From NCBI RefSeq assembly GCF_964194155.1, contig NC_135892.1:47182001-47246000 (forward strand): a stretch of 64,000 nucleotides of DNA, written 5' to 3'. The position numbers and the translations under genes were made by a program. This document shows positions 25,435-38,821 of this stretch, one piece after another. Below the pieces are notes generated by a model. That model did not search any database. It saw only the letters and a list, made by a program, of their open reading frames with translations, and had not been told where the DNA came from. How positions within the stretch are numbered: position 1 is the stretch's first letter; every line of letters starts with the position of its first letter. Origin of the DNA: Cetorhinus maximus (taxonomy: Eukaryota).

Positions 25435-27958
25435 AAGTAAGCATTTGATAAGGTGCCACACCAAAGGCTATTTCAGAAAATACAGAACACTTAGCCTAAC
25501 ATCAGTTGTGGGGAAAATGCTAGAGTCAATTATAAAAGACGTGGTGACAGAACACTTGGAAAGCATTAACGGGATTAGACAAAGTCAGCATGGATTTATG
25601 AAGGGAAATCATGCTTAACCAATCTAGAGTTTTTTGAGGATGTAACTAGTAGAATAGATAAGGGAGAACCAGTGGATGTGGTGTATTTGGATTTCAAGAA
25701 GGCTTTTGATAAGGTCCCACATAAGAGACTTGTGGACAAAATTAAAGCTCAAAGGGATCATGGGTGATATACAGGCATAGATTGAGAATTGGTTGACAGA
25801 CCAGAAACAGAGAGTGGGAATAAAATGGGTCTTTTTCCGGATGGCTGGCGGTGACTAGTGGTGTACCGCAGTGATCAGTGCTTGGGCCCCAGCTATTCAC
25901 GATATATGTAAATGACTTGGATGAGGGAACCAAATGCAATATTTCCAAGTTTGCTGATGACACACGGGCGGGGTTGTGAGTTGTGAGGAGGATGCAAGGA
26001 GGCTTCAGAGCGGTTTAGACAAGTTGTGTGTGGATAAACACATGGCAGATGCAGTATAACGTGGATAAATCTGAAGTTATACACTTCGGTGTGAAAAACA
26101 GAAAGGCAGAGTATTATTTAAATGCTGATATTGTGGGAAATGTGGATGTACAACCAGTCAATGAAAGTAAATAGGTAGGTGCAGCAAGCAACTAGGAAGG
26201 CAAATGGTATGTTGGCCTTCATTGCAAGAGGATTTGAGTTCAGAAGTAGGGATATCTTACTGCAGTTATACAGGGCCTTGGTGAGACCACACCTGGAGTA
26301 TTGTGTGCAGTTTTGGTCTCCCTACCTGAGAAAGGATATACTTGCCAGAGGGAGTGTAGCAAAGATTCGCTAGGCTAATATCGGGGATGGCAGGACTGCT
26401 GTATGAGGAGAGATTGGTTCGACTGGGCCTGTATTCTCTAGAGTTTAGAAGAATGACATCTGATTGAAACATATAAAATTCTAACAGGGCTAGATAGACT
26501 AGATGCAGGGAGGATGTTTCCCCTGGTTGAGAAGTCTAGAACCAGGGGCCAGCCTCAGAATACGGGGCAGGCCATTTAGTACTGAGATGAGGAAAAATTT
26601 CTTCACTCAGAGGGTGGTCAACCTGTGGAATTCTCTACCACAGAAGGCTGTGGAGGCCGGGTCATTGAGTATATTCAAGAAAGAAATTGATAAATTTTTG
26701 GATATTAGGGGCATCAAGGGGTATGGGGAGAAAGCAGGAATATAGCGATGAGATAGAGGATCAGCCATGGTCATATTGAATGCCTGAGCAGGCTCGAAGG
26801 GCTGAATGGCCTACTCCTGCTCCTAGTTTCTATGTTTCTATAAGTGCAGGGTGTAGGGGGTAACATGTTAGCATGGATAGAAGATTGGCTGGCTGGCAGA
26901 AAGCAGAGAGTATACATAAATGGATCTTTGTTGATTGACAGGATGTGACAAGTGGAGTCCCACAGGGGTCTGTGATGGGGCCTCAGCTTTTTACAATTTA
27001 CATCAATGACTTAGATGAGGGGAGTGAAGGCATGGTAACTAAATTTGCACAAAGATAGGTAAGAAAATATGTTGTGAAGAGGACATGAGGAGGTTGCAGA
27101 TGGATATGGATAGCTTGAGTGAGTGGGCAAAGATCTGGCAAATGGAGTTTAATGTGAGGAAATGTGAAGTTGTTCACTTTGGAAGGAAGAACAAAAAGCA
27201 GAGTATTACTTAAATGGAGAACGGCTGCAGAATTCTGAGGTGCAGAGGGATCTAGGTGTTCTAGTACATGAGTAATAAAAAGTTAGTATGAAGTACAGCA
27301 AGTAATTAAGGAGGCTAATGGAATGCTATCCTTTATTACGAAAAGAATTGAACATAAAAGTAAGGATGTTATGCTTCAGCAATACGGGGCATTGATGAGA
27401 CTGCATCTCGAATACTGTGTGCAGTTTTGGTCTCCATATTTAAGGAAGGAAGGATGTAAATGCGTTGGAAGCGGTTCAGAGGAGGATTACTAGATTGATA
27501 CCTGGAATGAGTGGGTTGTCTTATGAGGAAAGATTGGACAGATTGGGCTTGTTTCCACTGGAGTTTAGAAGAGTGAGGGATGACTTGATTGAAGTTGATA
27601 AGATCCTGAATGGTATTGACAAGGTGGATGTCAAAAGGATGTTTCCTCTTGTTGGTGAGTCCAGAACTGAGGGCAATGTTTTAAAATTAGGGTTTGCCCT
27701 TTTAGGACAGAGATGAGGAGAGATTTTTTCTCTGAGGGTTGTGTGACTTTGGAATTCTCTGCCTCTGAAGGTGGTGGAGGTGGGGTCATTGAACACTTTT
27801 AAGGCAGAGGCAGATAGATTCTTGATAAGCAAGCAGGTGGAAGATTATCAGGGGTAGGTGGGAGGTTACAATCGGATCAACCATGATCTTATTAAATGGT
27901 ACAGCAGGCTTGAGGGGCTGAGTGGCCTACTCCTGCTCCTAATTCATATGCCCGTATG
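25435..27958 (+). mobile_element. Two nested CR1 LINE 3' fragments (inner copy about 25491-26840)
   Basis: The outer RT text AFDKVPH stops at about 25490 and resumes at about 26845. The inner copy runs from the RT region to its tail cctactcctgctcctagtttctatgtttcta. Confidence 0.85.
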
Positions 27959-27959
27959 C

Positions 27960-30900
27960 TCAGTTGTACAAAGCTGCTACAGAAAATTCAAAAAAGGAAT
28001 AAAACCAGATGCACCACTCAGCATCAACCTAGGCACCAGAAACAACAATGACACACAGCGCCCAGCTTACCCTGCAAGGTCCTGCTTACTAACATCTGGG
28101 GGCTTGTGCAATATTGGGAGAACTGTCCCATAGACTAGTCAAGCAGTAGCCTGACATAGTCATACTCACCAAATCATATCTTACAATGTCCCCGACACCA
28201 TTATCACCATTGCTGAGTGGGGTATATAGTCAGAAGGGAGTTGCTTGGGAGTCCTCAACATTGGCTCCGGACCCCATGAGGTCTCATGGCATCAGGTCAA
28301 ATATGGTCAAGGAAACCCCCTGCTCACTATCACTCAGCTGATGAGCACGCCTCCATTTTGAAGACCAGTTGGAAGAAGCACTGAAGGTAGCTAGGGAACA
28401 GAATGGGTGGATTTTGCCGTCGGCGAGCAGGGGGCGGGGCGGGATGATGTCGGGCGGAACCCCCGATGTCATCCCGCCCCATTTAAATTTTCAGGTAGGC
28501 GGGGGCACAGCAAAATCAGCTGTGGGCCCTCCGACCTGTCAATGACCAATTGAGGCCATTGACAGGATAATTAAAACAACTAAAGGACCTGCCCATCCAA
28601 CCTTAAGGTTGATGGGCAGGCCAGGAGCCCCGGCGGGGAATAGAAAAAACATGAAACCTCATCTACAGGCCGGTTGAGGTTTCATGTAGGGTTTAAAAAA
28701 CTTTAATAAAGTTTTAGTGAAATTTATTAACATGTCCCATCTCATGTGATATTGTCACATGAGGGGGACATGTTAAGAATTTTTTTATTTTTCTATTTTT
28801 AATGTTTAAACAACTTTCAGCGCTCTCCCTGAGGCGGCACTTTACCTCAGGGAGATGTGCACTATTTCGTGTGCATGCGTGAAACAGCGCACTCTCGCAG
28901 TTGGGGAATCCCCCCCTCACCTGCACAGGAAGTGCATAGCGCTTCCTGCCGGGCGTCACGCTGGGCGGGCCTTAACTGCCCTGCCCACTTAAAATGGTAG
29001 TGGGGCCCGCTTTTCCGGCGGGGATCGGCTCCCCACCTGCCGGAGATTGGGTCGGGCCCGCCCGCCCGGTAGGCAGAAAATTCTGCCCAATGTATTCTGG
29101 GTGAGGGGCTTCAATGTCCATCACCAATAGTGGCTTTGTAGCAACACAACGGATCAAGTTAGCCTAGTGCTAAAAGACCCCAGGGTGAGGGAACCAACAT
29201 AGGGGAGGTGATGGTGTAGTGGTATTGTCACTGGACTGGTAATCCAGAGATCCAGGGTTCAAATCCCACCATAGTAAATGGTGGAATTTGAATTCACTAA
29301 ATATCTGGAATTATAAGTCTAATGATGGTCATGAAACCATTGTTGATTGTCATAAAAACCCAACTGGTTCACTAATGCCCTTTAGGGAAGGAAATCTGCT
29401 GTCCCCGCCTGTTGTGGCCTGGCCTACATGTGACTACAGACCCACTGAAATGTGGTTGACTCTTAAAAATGCCTTAAGGATGGGCAATAAACGCTGGCCT
29501 AGCCACATCCCACGAACCAATAAAAAAATGAGGAAAAAATCTGCTTGACGTCAACCTCACCTCCTGTCACAGATGGATATGTCCGTGACATTGTGGAGAG
29601 GAAGTCCTGCCTTCATACTGAGATACCATGAATCATGTCGTGTAGCATTACGACCATGCTAAATATGGTAGAATCAGAACAGACCTAGCAGCTCAAAATA
29701 GGGCATCCATGAGGCACTGTGGTCCAACAGCAACAGCAGAATTGTATTCAGCTTCAATCTGTAACCTCATGGTCCACCATATCCCTCACTCTACCATTAC
29801 CTTCAAGCCGGGGATCAACTCTGGTTCAATGAAGAATGCAGGAGGGCATGCCAGGAACAGCACCAGGCATACCTAAAAATGAAGCGACAATGCAGGATTA
29901 CCTGCATACACTAAGCAGTGGAAGCAGCATCCAATAGGAAGATCTGAGCACTCCAAAGGATCAGATAAAAGGTCTGTAGTGCTGCCACATCCAGTCGTGA
30001 ATGGTGGTGGACAACTAATCAGAGGAGGAGGCTCTCATCATCTTCAGTGATGGAGGAGCCCAGCACATCACTGCAAAAGACAAAGTTGAAGCATTTGCAA
30101 CAATCTTCAGCCAGAAGTGCCGAGTGGATGATCCACCTTGGCCTCCTCCTGAGGTCCCCAGTAACACAGATATCAGTCTTCAGCCAACTTGATTCACTCC
30201 ACGTAATATCAAGGAACGGCTGAAGGCACTGGATAAAGCAAAGGTTATGGACTCTGACAGTGTAAAAACATAAGAACATAAGTAATAGTAGCTGGAGCAG
30301 ACTATCAAGCCTGCTCCGCCATTCAATAAAACCATGGCTGACCTTCTGCTTTGAATCCATATTTCTGCCTGCTCCCCATAGCCTCTGATCCCCTGAGGGG
30401 CCAAAAACCTTGTCTACCCCAGCTTTAAATAAGTTCATCGATGGAGCATCCACAAACCTTGAGGGTAGAGAATTCCGAAGATTCACAACCCTCTAAGTGA
30501 AGAAATTTCTCATAATTTCAGTCCTGAATGATTGGCCCCTTATCCTGAGGCTGTGTCCCTGTGTTCTAGATTCCCCAGCCAGTGGAAACAACTTTCAGCA
30601 TCTAGCTTGTCAAGCCCCTTCATAACCTTGTACAACCTGGTAGTATTGAAGACTTGTACTTCAGAACCAGCTGCCCCAATAATCAAGCTATTCCAGTGCA
30701 GCTAAAACAGTGGCATCTACCTGACAATGTGAAAATTTGCCCAGTTATATAATGTCACAAAGATCAGGACAAATTGAATCTGTCCAATTGCCAATCCATC
30801 TGCCTACTCTCAATCATCAGCAAAGTGATGGAAGGTGTCATCAACAGTGCTATCAAACTACACTTACATGGCAATAACCTACTCATTGATGCTCAGTTTG

Positions 30901-31240
30901 GATTCTGCAAGGACCACTCACTCTGCTTGTGACTTCACTCCAGTCTTGGTCCAAACGAAGAAAAGAGCTGAACTCGAAAGGTGAGGTGAGAGTGACTGCC
31001 CTTGACATCAAGGCACCATTGACTGAGTGTGGCATCAAGGAGCCCTAGCACAACTGGAGTCAATGGGAATCAGGGGGAAAACTCTCCACTGGTTGGAGTC
31101 ATAACTAGCACAAAGGAAGATGGTTGTTGTTGGAGGCCAATCATCTCAGTCCTGGGACATCACTGCAGAAATTTGTCAGAGTAGTGTCCTAGGCCCACCC
31201 ATCTTTAGTTGTTTCACCAATGACCTTCTGTCAGTTCTAA
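27960..31240 (+). mobile_element. Decayed LINE of a second CR1/L2-superclade family, interrupted by a MITE, a SINE and a CR1 tail (about 30265-30633, -)
   Basis: Endonuclease to RT remnants (ALDIKA..VWHQG, SVLGP); similar to 55856-58078. Confidence 0.75.
28405..29088. mobile_element. Non-autonomous Harbinger-type MITE
   Basis: Termini gggtggattttg / aaaattctgccc with 3-bp TSD aat (28402-28404, 29089-29091); same family as 53678-54330. Confidence 0.85.
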
Positions 31241-31251
31241 GATGAAACAAT

Positions 31252-32542
31252 GGCCGGAATTTTCCGGCCCCGTTGGCATCGGGTATCAGGCTTGGCGGGT
31301 GGGGGGTGGGCAACATGGAGAGAAGGCCAAAAATCAGTTTCACGCCGTCATGAAACCAGTTTGTGATCGTCCACTGCATCCATCAATGGCAGGCTGTGTT
31401 TCCCACCTAATTTCAGTACTTTAGCATCTCATTATACATTATAAGCCCTGCCTGCCAGAACCATCTCCCCACATTAGGTCATCCAGGCAATCACGCCGAC
31501 GTATTTCACAACAGTACATAAGCAATGTGCACCTGGCGAGCTGCACTCCACTCGGGCCTTCGAGGTTTGTTTGCCTACCTTGCTTCGGGCAGCACTCGTA
31601 GTCATCAGTGCCAGGCTCCGCAGGCAGCACCCATCATTTTGAGAGGGTACTCGCGGGCAAGGCTCTAACTACAAGACCAGCCTTAAGGCAATGGTGGCTT
31701 TTTAACGGCTGCAGGGCTAGGTCTTGCTTGGGGAGGGGGGTAAAGTGGCTTCAGGCAAGGGAAGAGGCTGCATGGTGAGGGCTGTACTGAGGAAGGGGGA
31801 TATCTCAGGGTGTGTGTGGGGGCACATGTTGATCTGTGCAAGTGGCCTCAAGATGGTGAGTGTTGAGGAGGCAGTCTCCAGAGGAGACGAGGCCAGATGG
31901 TGAAGTGAGGATGTGTGTGAGAGAGTGAGTGGTGATGTCCCTTGAGCTGGCAGTGAGTGAGATCCAGTGAATGTGTGATGGGCTTGAGTGTGTGAGTTCA
32001 GAGAGATGAGATGGTTGCCTGACCCTGGCGGCACGAATAAGATCATTCATCAGTTTTCTGCACTGGGATGGCCAACCTCTTGTGTGCAGCATTGGCACTG
32101 ACCACCTCTGCCAGCACCTCCCAAGCCGGAGTGGTGAGATTGATGGGCCTCCTGCAGCCAGAGCGGGGGTAAAGGACATCACGTTGGCCTCCACAATGTC
32201 CTGAAGACGTCCCAAGGATGCATCACTGAATCGGGGGGTCTGCACTCTTCTTGGCTTTTCAGGCCAAGCCTTCACTGATGCCCTCCTGGGCTGCAAGCAT
32301 TGAGAAGTGCGCATGCAGCTGCAGCTTAAATATGGCGCCCTGCATGGGGAAGCGGCAAGGTAATGGTGTGGCGGGCAATCGGATGCTGCCCACCAGTGAG
32401 ATGGCAAGTTTTCTCTGGCTGCATAATTAATGAAGCAGGAATGGGGCGATACGGTGCATAAACCTGCCATTGAGGCCGGTGGGTAAAATGACTTTTTCCC
32501 GCCCGCTACTGCACTTTGTGCAAATCCAGGACAATTCTGCCC
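31252..32542 (-). mobile_element. Deleted Harbinger element with Myb/SANT-like ORF remnant
   Basis: Termini ggccggaatttt / caattctgccc; minus-strand PRFSDASL...QCRKLMNDL. Confidence 0.8.
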
Positions 32543-34634
32543 TACATCTTTGATGCTCATAACTTTTATGAATATTTCCTGAAATTGGTTATTGACAACC
32601 TCTCCCTGTCAAAGTGTGCGAAATATATGGAGAATGAAAGAACCATATTCTGTGGCAGTGCTCCTAGTTATTGATTTGATTTAAAATTCTTCAGCTGAGT
32701 GTATCTCTACCCCCTTACATTGTGTGTTATAAGAGATCTTGATTGTGTGACAACCCCAGATCACAAGCTGGGCTTCCTCCTCCTGCTTAGCTTAATTCCT
32801 AAAAGCAATAGCTAATTGTGTATCATTGGAAAGGTTGCTCCGATAGGATCTCATTTCCAAATTTGCTTCATTCATACCATGGGCCAGATTCAGAGATGAA
32901 CAGTAATATCACAACAACTAGACATATAGAGCTCCTCTAAAGTTCCAATGTAAACAAGGAACCCCTCTTGTCAAAGGAAATGGCATTCCTGTGTTTATTT
33001 ACTGCGGCTTTGGTAGTAACAGTAACTCTCAGGCTATTAACCTTAAAACAAATGTCATTGTTACACTTGTATGTGCCGCCATTACATATGACAGCATTAA
33101 CAGCATCTTCTTGTTATGAAGATATAAGGTTCTTTTATACTTGCAGTGCTGATGAATCGATGTAGATGGTACATTTTGGAAAATAGAACAATGCAATGAT
33201 ATGTATCCTAAACTGTAAGATTCTAATTAAAGTGGAGCTTCAGAGAGCCTTAGAACTGCAGTTAAAGACTTTTAAAGGTGAGAGTGCAAGTGGAAAAGGT
33301 CATAAAGAAGTCAATGGGATTCTAGGTTCAAGAATATTGAACATAAACATAAAGAAACACTGTCATTTTGGTTAGAACTTAAACTGCCAATGAGACAAAT
33401 TATTAAAATATATTATTTCCAATGCATTAACTGAGTCACTTCTGGGATCTGAGTGAAATAGAAAATGCGCCTTGCATCATTATTCAAATGAGGTTACTGA
33501 ATAACAAAAACATATTCAGCAATCTGTACGCCTACACACACGCTGTGTATATATGGTAATGTACTCCTACTCCTCTATTATCTTATGTAATATAACCAAC
33601 TTTCAAGTAAAATGTGTTGTATTAATGTATCAGGAGTTCATAGCGGAGTTCATAGGACTCTGTTAATTATGTGATTTATGGTCTTGGTATGACACTCAAC
33701 AGACCCAGAATGAATCACACTCCAGCCAGTAATAAATTGTTCCTAGACTTTAGGACCTAGAGATTTTTGAATTATTTTTATCTGTCTGGGTAATATTCTT
33801 GTGATGGTCATCCTAACCACACTCTTATTATTGTTGGAAAGTGATAATTTTCAGGACACAAAATTGTTTCAACACTCAGAAATGCTAACTAGTTAGTTTT
33901 TTTTTAGAAAATTATATTTTGGGTCATGGTTTATGAGTAATAATGACCATGATGTAAGTGTAAAATTCTTGAGAGGGAAAAGGTGTCGATCTGGAATTCT
34001 CTTCCTCAACCTCTCTGCCTCCCTATCTCTCTTTCCAGATGCTCCTTAAAATCTACCTCTTTGACCAAGCTTTTGACCATTTGCCCTAATATCATTTTAA
34101 GTAGCTATGTGTCCAATTTTGCTTTTTAATGCTCTTGTGATGTGCTTGGGGATATTTTATTATATTAAAGGCACAATATAAATGTATGTTATAATTGGCA
34201 ATGTTATGGTTCCCAAAGATTTCTATCACTGGGCTTGTTGTGGACTAACTGATAGTGATTAGTTGCTATGTTGGTCAACAAAACCCATTACCATTGTATC
34301 ATAACAGGAAGATAAATGGTGATCTGGATGTACAGTGATTTTGTTTTTAACCAAGCAATTCCTATGTGTCTAAATAGTGGTTGCACTGTCCCTGATCACA
34401 AAGGGACCACTGGTTCTTTACTTAATGGATCACTAATATTTTACTTACCTGCTCTGCCATTCACTCAGTAATTTCTTAACAATTCCCTAAAACAACTAGG
34501 TTACTGACCTTTTCTTCTGCATATCTTTTTTAATTCTTTTCTTACATTTCCTTTATCTCTCTCAAATTCTCTCTTACTGCCCCCTCTATTTTTTACTGTC
34601 TCTCAGTTAACTATAGTTTACCCTATTTTTATAT

Positions 34635-37420
34635 AAGAACATACGAAAAGGGAGCAGGAGTAGGCCATTCAGCTCCTCGAGCCATTTAATAAGATCATGG
34701 CTGATCTGATTGTAACTTGAAATCTGCATCCCACCTACCATCGATAACCTATCACCCCCTTGCTTACAAAGAATCTATCCACATCTGCCTTAAAAATATT
34801 CAAAGACTCTGCTTCCACTGCCTTTTCACGAAAGACAGTTCCAAAGACTCACGACCCTCTGAGTGAAAATGTTTTGCCTCATCTCTGTTTTAAATGGGCG
34901 AACCCTTATTTTTAACAGTGACCCCTAGTTCTAGATTCTCCCACAAGAGGAAACATCCTCCCCACATCCACCCTGTCAAGACTCCTCAGTATCTTATATG
35001 TTTCAATCAAGTAGCCTCTTACTCTTCTAAACTCCAACAGATACAAGCCTAGTCTGTCCAACCTTTCCTTATAAGACAACCCACTCATTCCAGGTATTAC
35101 TCCGGTAAACCTTCTCTGAACTGCTTCCAATGAATTTACATCCTTCCTTAAATAAGGTGACCTTATTAATACTGTACACAGTACTCCAAATATGATCTCA
35201 CTAGTGCCCTGTACAACTGAAGCATAACCTCCCTACGTTTGTATTCAATTCCCCTCGCAATAAATGATAACATTCTATTAGCTTTGCTAATTACTTGCTG
35301 TACCTGCATACTAGCCTTTTGTGATTCATGCACCAGGACACCCAGATCCCTCTGCACCTCAGAGCTCTGCAATCTCTCACCATTTAGATAATAAGCTTCT
35401 CTTTTACTCTTCCTTCCAAAATGGACAATTTCACATTTTCCCACATTATAGTCCATTTGCCAGGTCTTTGCCCACTCACTTAAACTATCCATATCCCTTT
35501 ACAGCCTCTTTATGTCCTTTTCACAACTTCCTTTCCTACCTATCTTTGTGTCATCAGCAAATTTGGCAACCATCCCATCCATCACTTCATCCAAGTCATT
35601 TATATAGATTGTAAACAGTTGAAGTCCCAGCACTGATCCTGTGGCAAACTACTCGTTACATCTTGCAAACCTGAAAAAGATCCATTTATGCCTACTCTTC
35701 GTTTCCTGTTAGCAACCCAATCTTCTAGTCATACAAATATGTTATCCCTCTATTCCATGAACCTTTATTTTCCACAATAACCTTTGATGTGGCACTTTAT
35801 CAAATGCCTTGTGGAAATCTAAGTACAGTACATCCACTGGTTCCCATTATCCACAACACATATTACTTCCTCAGTTGGTTAAACATGATTTCCCTTTCAC
35901 AAAACCATGTTGACTCTGCCTGAGACTTTGAGCTTATCCAAGTGTCCTGCTATAACTTCTTTAATAATAGCTTTTAACAGTTTTCCTGTGACAGATGTTA
36001 AGCTAACTGGCCTGTAGTTTCCCACTTTCTGTCTCCCTCCCTTTTTGAATAATGGAGTTACATTTGCTATCTTCCAATCTAATGGGAATTTCCCCAAATC
36101 TAGGGAGTTTTGGGAAATTAAAACCAAAGCATCAACTATCTCACCAGACGCTTCTTTCAAGACCCTAGGATGAAGTCTATCAGGACCCGGGCTCTTGTTA
36201 GCCCGCAGCTCCAATAATTTACTCAGTACCATTTCACTGGTGACTGTAATTTTCCTGACTTCCTCCTCCACTTCCATTTCCTGATTTATAGCTGCTTCTG
36301 GACGCTACTTTTATCCTCTATAGTGAAAACTGTTGCAAAATACCTATTCAATTCGTTTGCCATCCCTTTGTTCTCCAGACTTTCCAGATTCACTTTCTAT
36401 AGGACCAACGGTCACTTTGTTAACTCATTTCTTTTAAAAATATTTAAAGAAACTCTTACTATCTATTTTTTATATTTCTGGCTAGCTTTCTCTCATACTC
36501 TAATTTTTCCCTCCTTATAAGTCTTTTAGTCATTCTTTGCTGTTCCTTATATTCTGTCCAATCTTCTGGCCTGCTACCTGTCTTTGCACAATTATATGCT
36601 TTTTTCTTTATGTGTGATACTATCTTTAACCTTTCTAGTGAACCACGGATGGTGTGTCCATCCCTTGGACTTTTTCTTCTTGTTGGAATGTATCAATTTT
36701 GTGCACTCTGAAATAGCCCTTTAAATATTATCCACTGCATCTCTATTGACCTATCCCTTAACCTAATTTGCCAATTCACTTTAGCCAGCTCAGCTTTTAT
36801 GCCCTCATAATTGCCCTTATTTAAGTTTCAAAACATAGTCTCGGACCCACTCCTCTCTCCCTCAAACTGGATCTGACTTTTCCAGTCTATATGTCGATTA
36901 AAATCTCCCATGATTATCGCCATGCCTTCCTGACAAGCTCCAATTATTTCTTCCTTTATGCTCCACCCTACCATGTGGTTACTGTTAGGGGGCCTGTACA
37001 CAGTTCCCACAAGTGACTTCCTGGCTTTACCATTTCTCATCTCTACCCAAAATGTTTCCACACCCTGCTTTTCTGATCTTAGGTCATCCTCTCTTTCGTG
37101 CTAATACCATCATTAACTAACAGTTGGCTCTCCACCTCTTCCTCTCCACCTTTTCCCCACTTCCTATCCTTCCTAAATATCCTGTACCCTTCAATATTCA
37201 GGTCCCAATCCATGTCCTCCTGCAGCCATGTCTCCTTAATGGCTATCAAATCATAATTATTTATTTCCATGTGTGCTCTCATTTCATGTTTTGTTTTCAA
37301 AACTACGTGCATTCAGATACAGAGCTTTTAGTTTTATCCTTTCATTCATTTCATAACCTCTAGTTTCATCTGTTGATTTATTGTTAGATTTGTACTCTGT
37401 CACTTGCTCTGTTTAGCTCT
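34635..37420 (-). mobile_element. CR1 LINE ORF2 (endonuclease and RT), decayed and internally deleted
   Basis: DLIAIKETWL, VYRPPN, MGDFN, KSPGPD, NYRPVSLTS, VQRDLGV; 3' end at about 34635. Confidence 0.9.
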
Positions 37421-38821
37421 CAATCCTCTTCTTGCACTGATTAAGGAAATACACCATTGAGCATAATGTTCCCGAGGTCCCAGACGTGGCATTGCTGCAA
37501 TGCTTTGACACGCCAGCATTTTGTGACACAAATATATCACGATCTGAATGGTGAGGTTAAAAAGTCCAATTATGATCACTTATCACGAAATGAGCCATTG
37601 TAGCAATTTCTGGACCTTCATTCTAACCACAGTCTCATTTCATTGTGTTTGACTGACTGTGATGAATAATGATATTTATAATGTAGCTTGTTAAACAGTT
37701 TTGCAAGGCCAATATTTATTGTCCATCGCCACATTGCCCTTGAGAAGCTGAACTTTCTTATCCTGCTGCATTCTGTGTGCTGCGGTGTAGATGCTCTCAC
37801 AATGTTGTTAGTACATATGTATTGACGTTCATTTCTCTATCAAATAGTTATTGATTGTCTCTCACTCAGGATTTTCAGTAATACAAAGGCAAATCTATTT
37901 TTTTGGGCTGGGGGAGGGAAGTTTTGCTGTCAAAGAACCAATGCAGCTTTGTTCCTGAAGTAATGGACATCCAAAAATGCCTGTAGTACAACTTGTTCCA
38001 AACTATAAGACTACAGTCTTTCTAGTGTAGCGTCTTTATTGAACTGAATGTAACATGGCTACTCCTAGATATTCCCTCATGGCAGAGGTCACATGATTAT
38101 GGCAAGTAAGGTAGGATATTTAGTAATGATTGCATTTCAAAACCCAAACATCCCCTTTCCATAACAAACAATGGACAACTTTGCATGCACTGTCATGTGT
38201 AACAGTGAACTACTCACTACACCACAACTGTTCTCATGCATTAACAAACTGTTCATTATTCTCATCAGTCTCTACACATGCTTTGCACACATAGTCGTTA
38301 AATCATGCAGGTCTCTTAATGGTACGCATGCACATTGCCATTGGCTGTTCATCTAGATGATGTTCCTTCTCCAAGGAGTGTTGTTCCGGTGGTACTTGAT
38401 GTTGCCTGGTAACAGTTGTTTTTGCTCCATTTCGCATTGTTGGGGGTCAGTGGACCCCTGGGAGTGATGCTTGTTCTGTACCCTGTGCAGCTGGTGAGAT
38501 CTCATCTTCCTGACCGGCCATCTGCAGTGAGGGAACAGCTTCTCTAGATGTTCATATATGCCTGTGGTTGCGCCGGTAAATTTGTTCGATCACTTCCACT
38601 GCCTATGATCAAGGTGACATCTTCTCTATGCATGTTCCAAGTTGCCACGTGGGCTGACTCCTGTTGAGAGCATTGAAGGCTTGTACCCTGACGGGCTCTC
38701 TAATGCTCAACTCAGCCAATGGCTTGGCAGTCTTGCCAAAATGAAATTTGTCTTTCTGCCATTTTGCCTTTTTCACTCACACCTATTACTACTCCTGGCT
38801 TCAGTAGCTTTTTTACTATTT

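Noticed and set aside
31805-32560. 251-aa minus-strand ORF
   Set aside because: Runs through Harbinger terminal sequence and frameshifted Myb-like remnants; not a coherent host gene.
32720-32800. Possible minus-strand exon (ttttag...gtaagg)
   Set aside because: Stops in all three frames.
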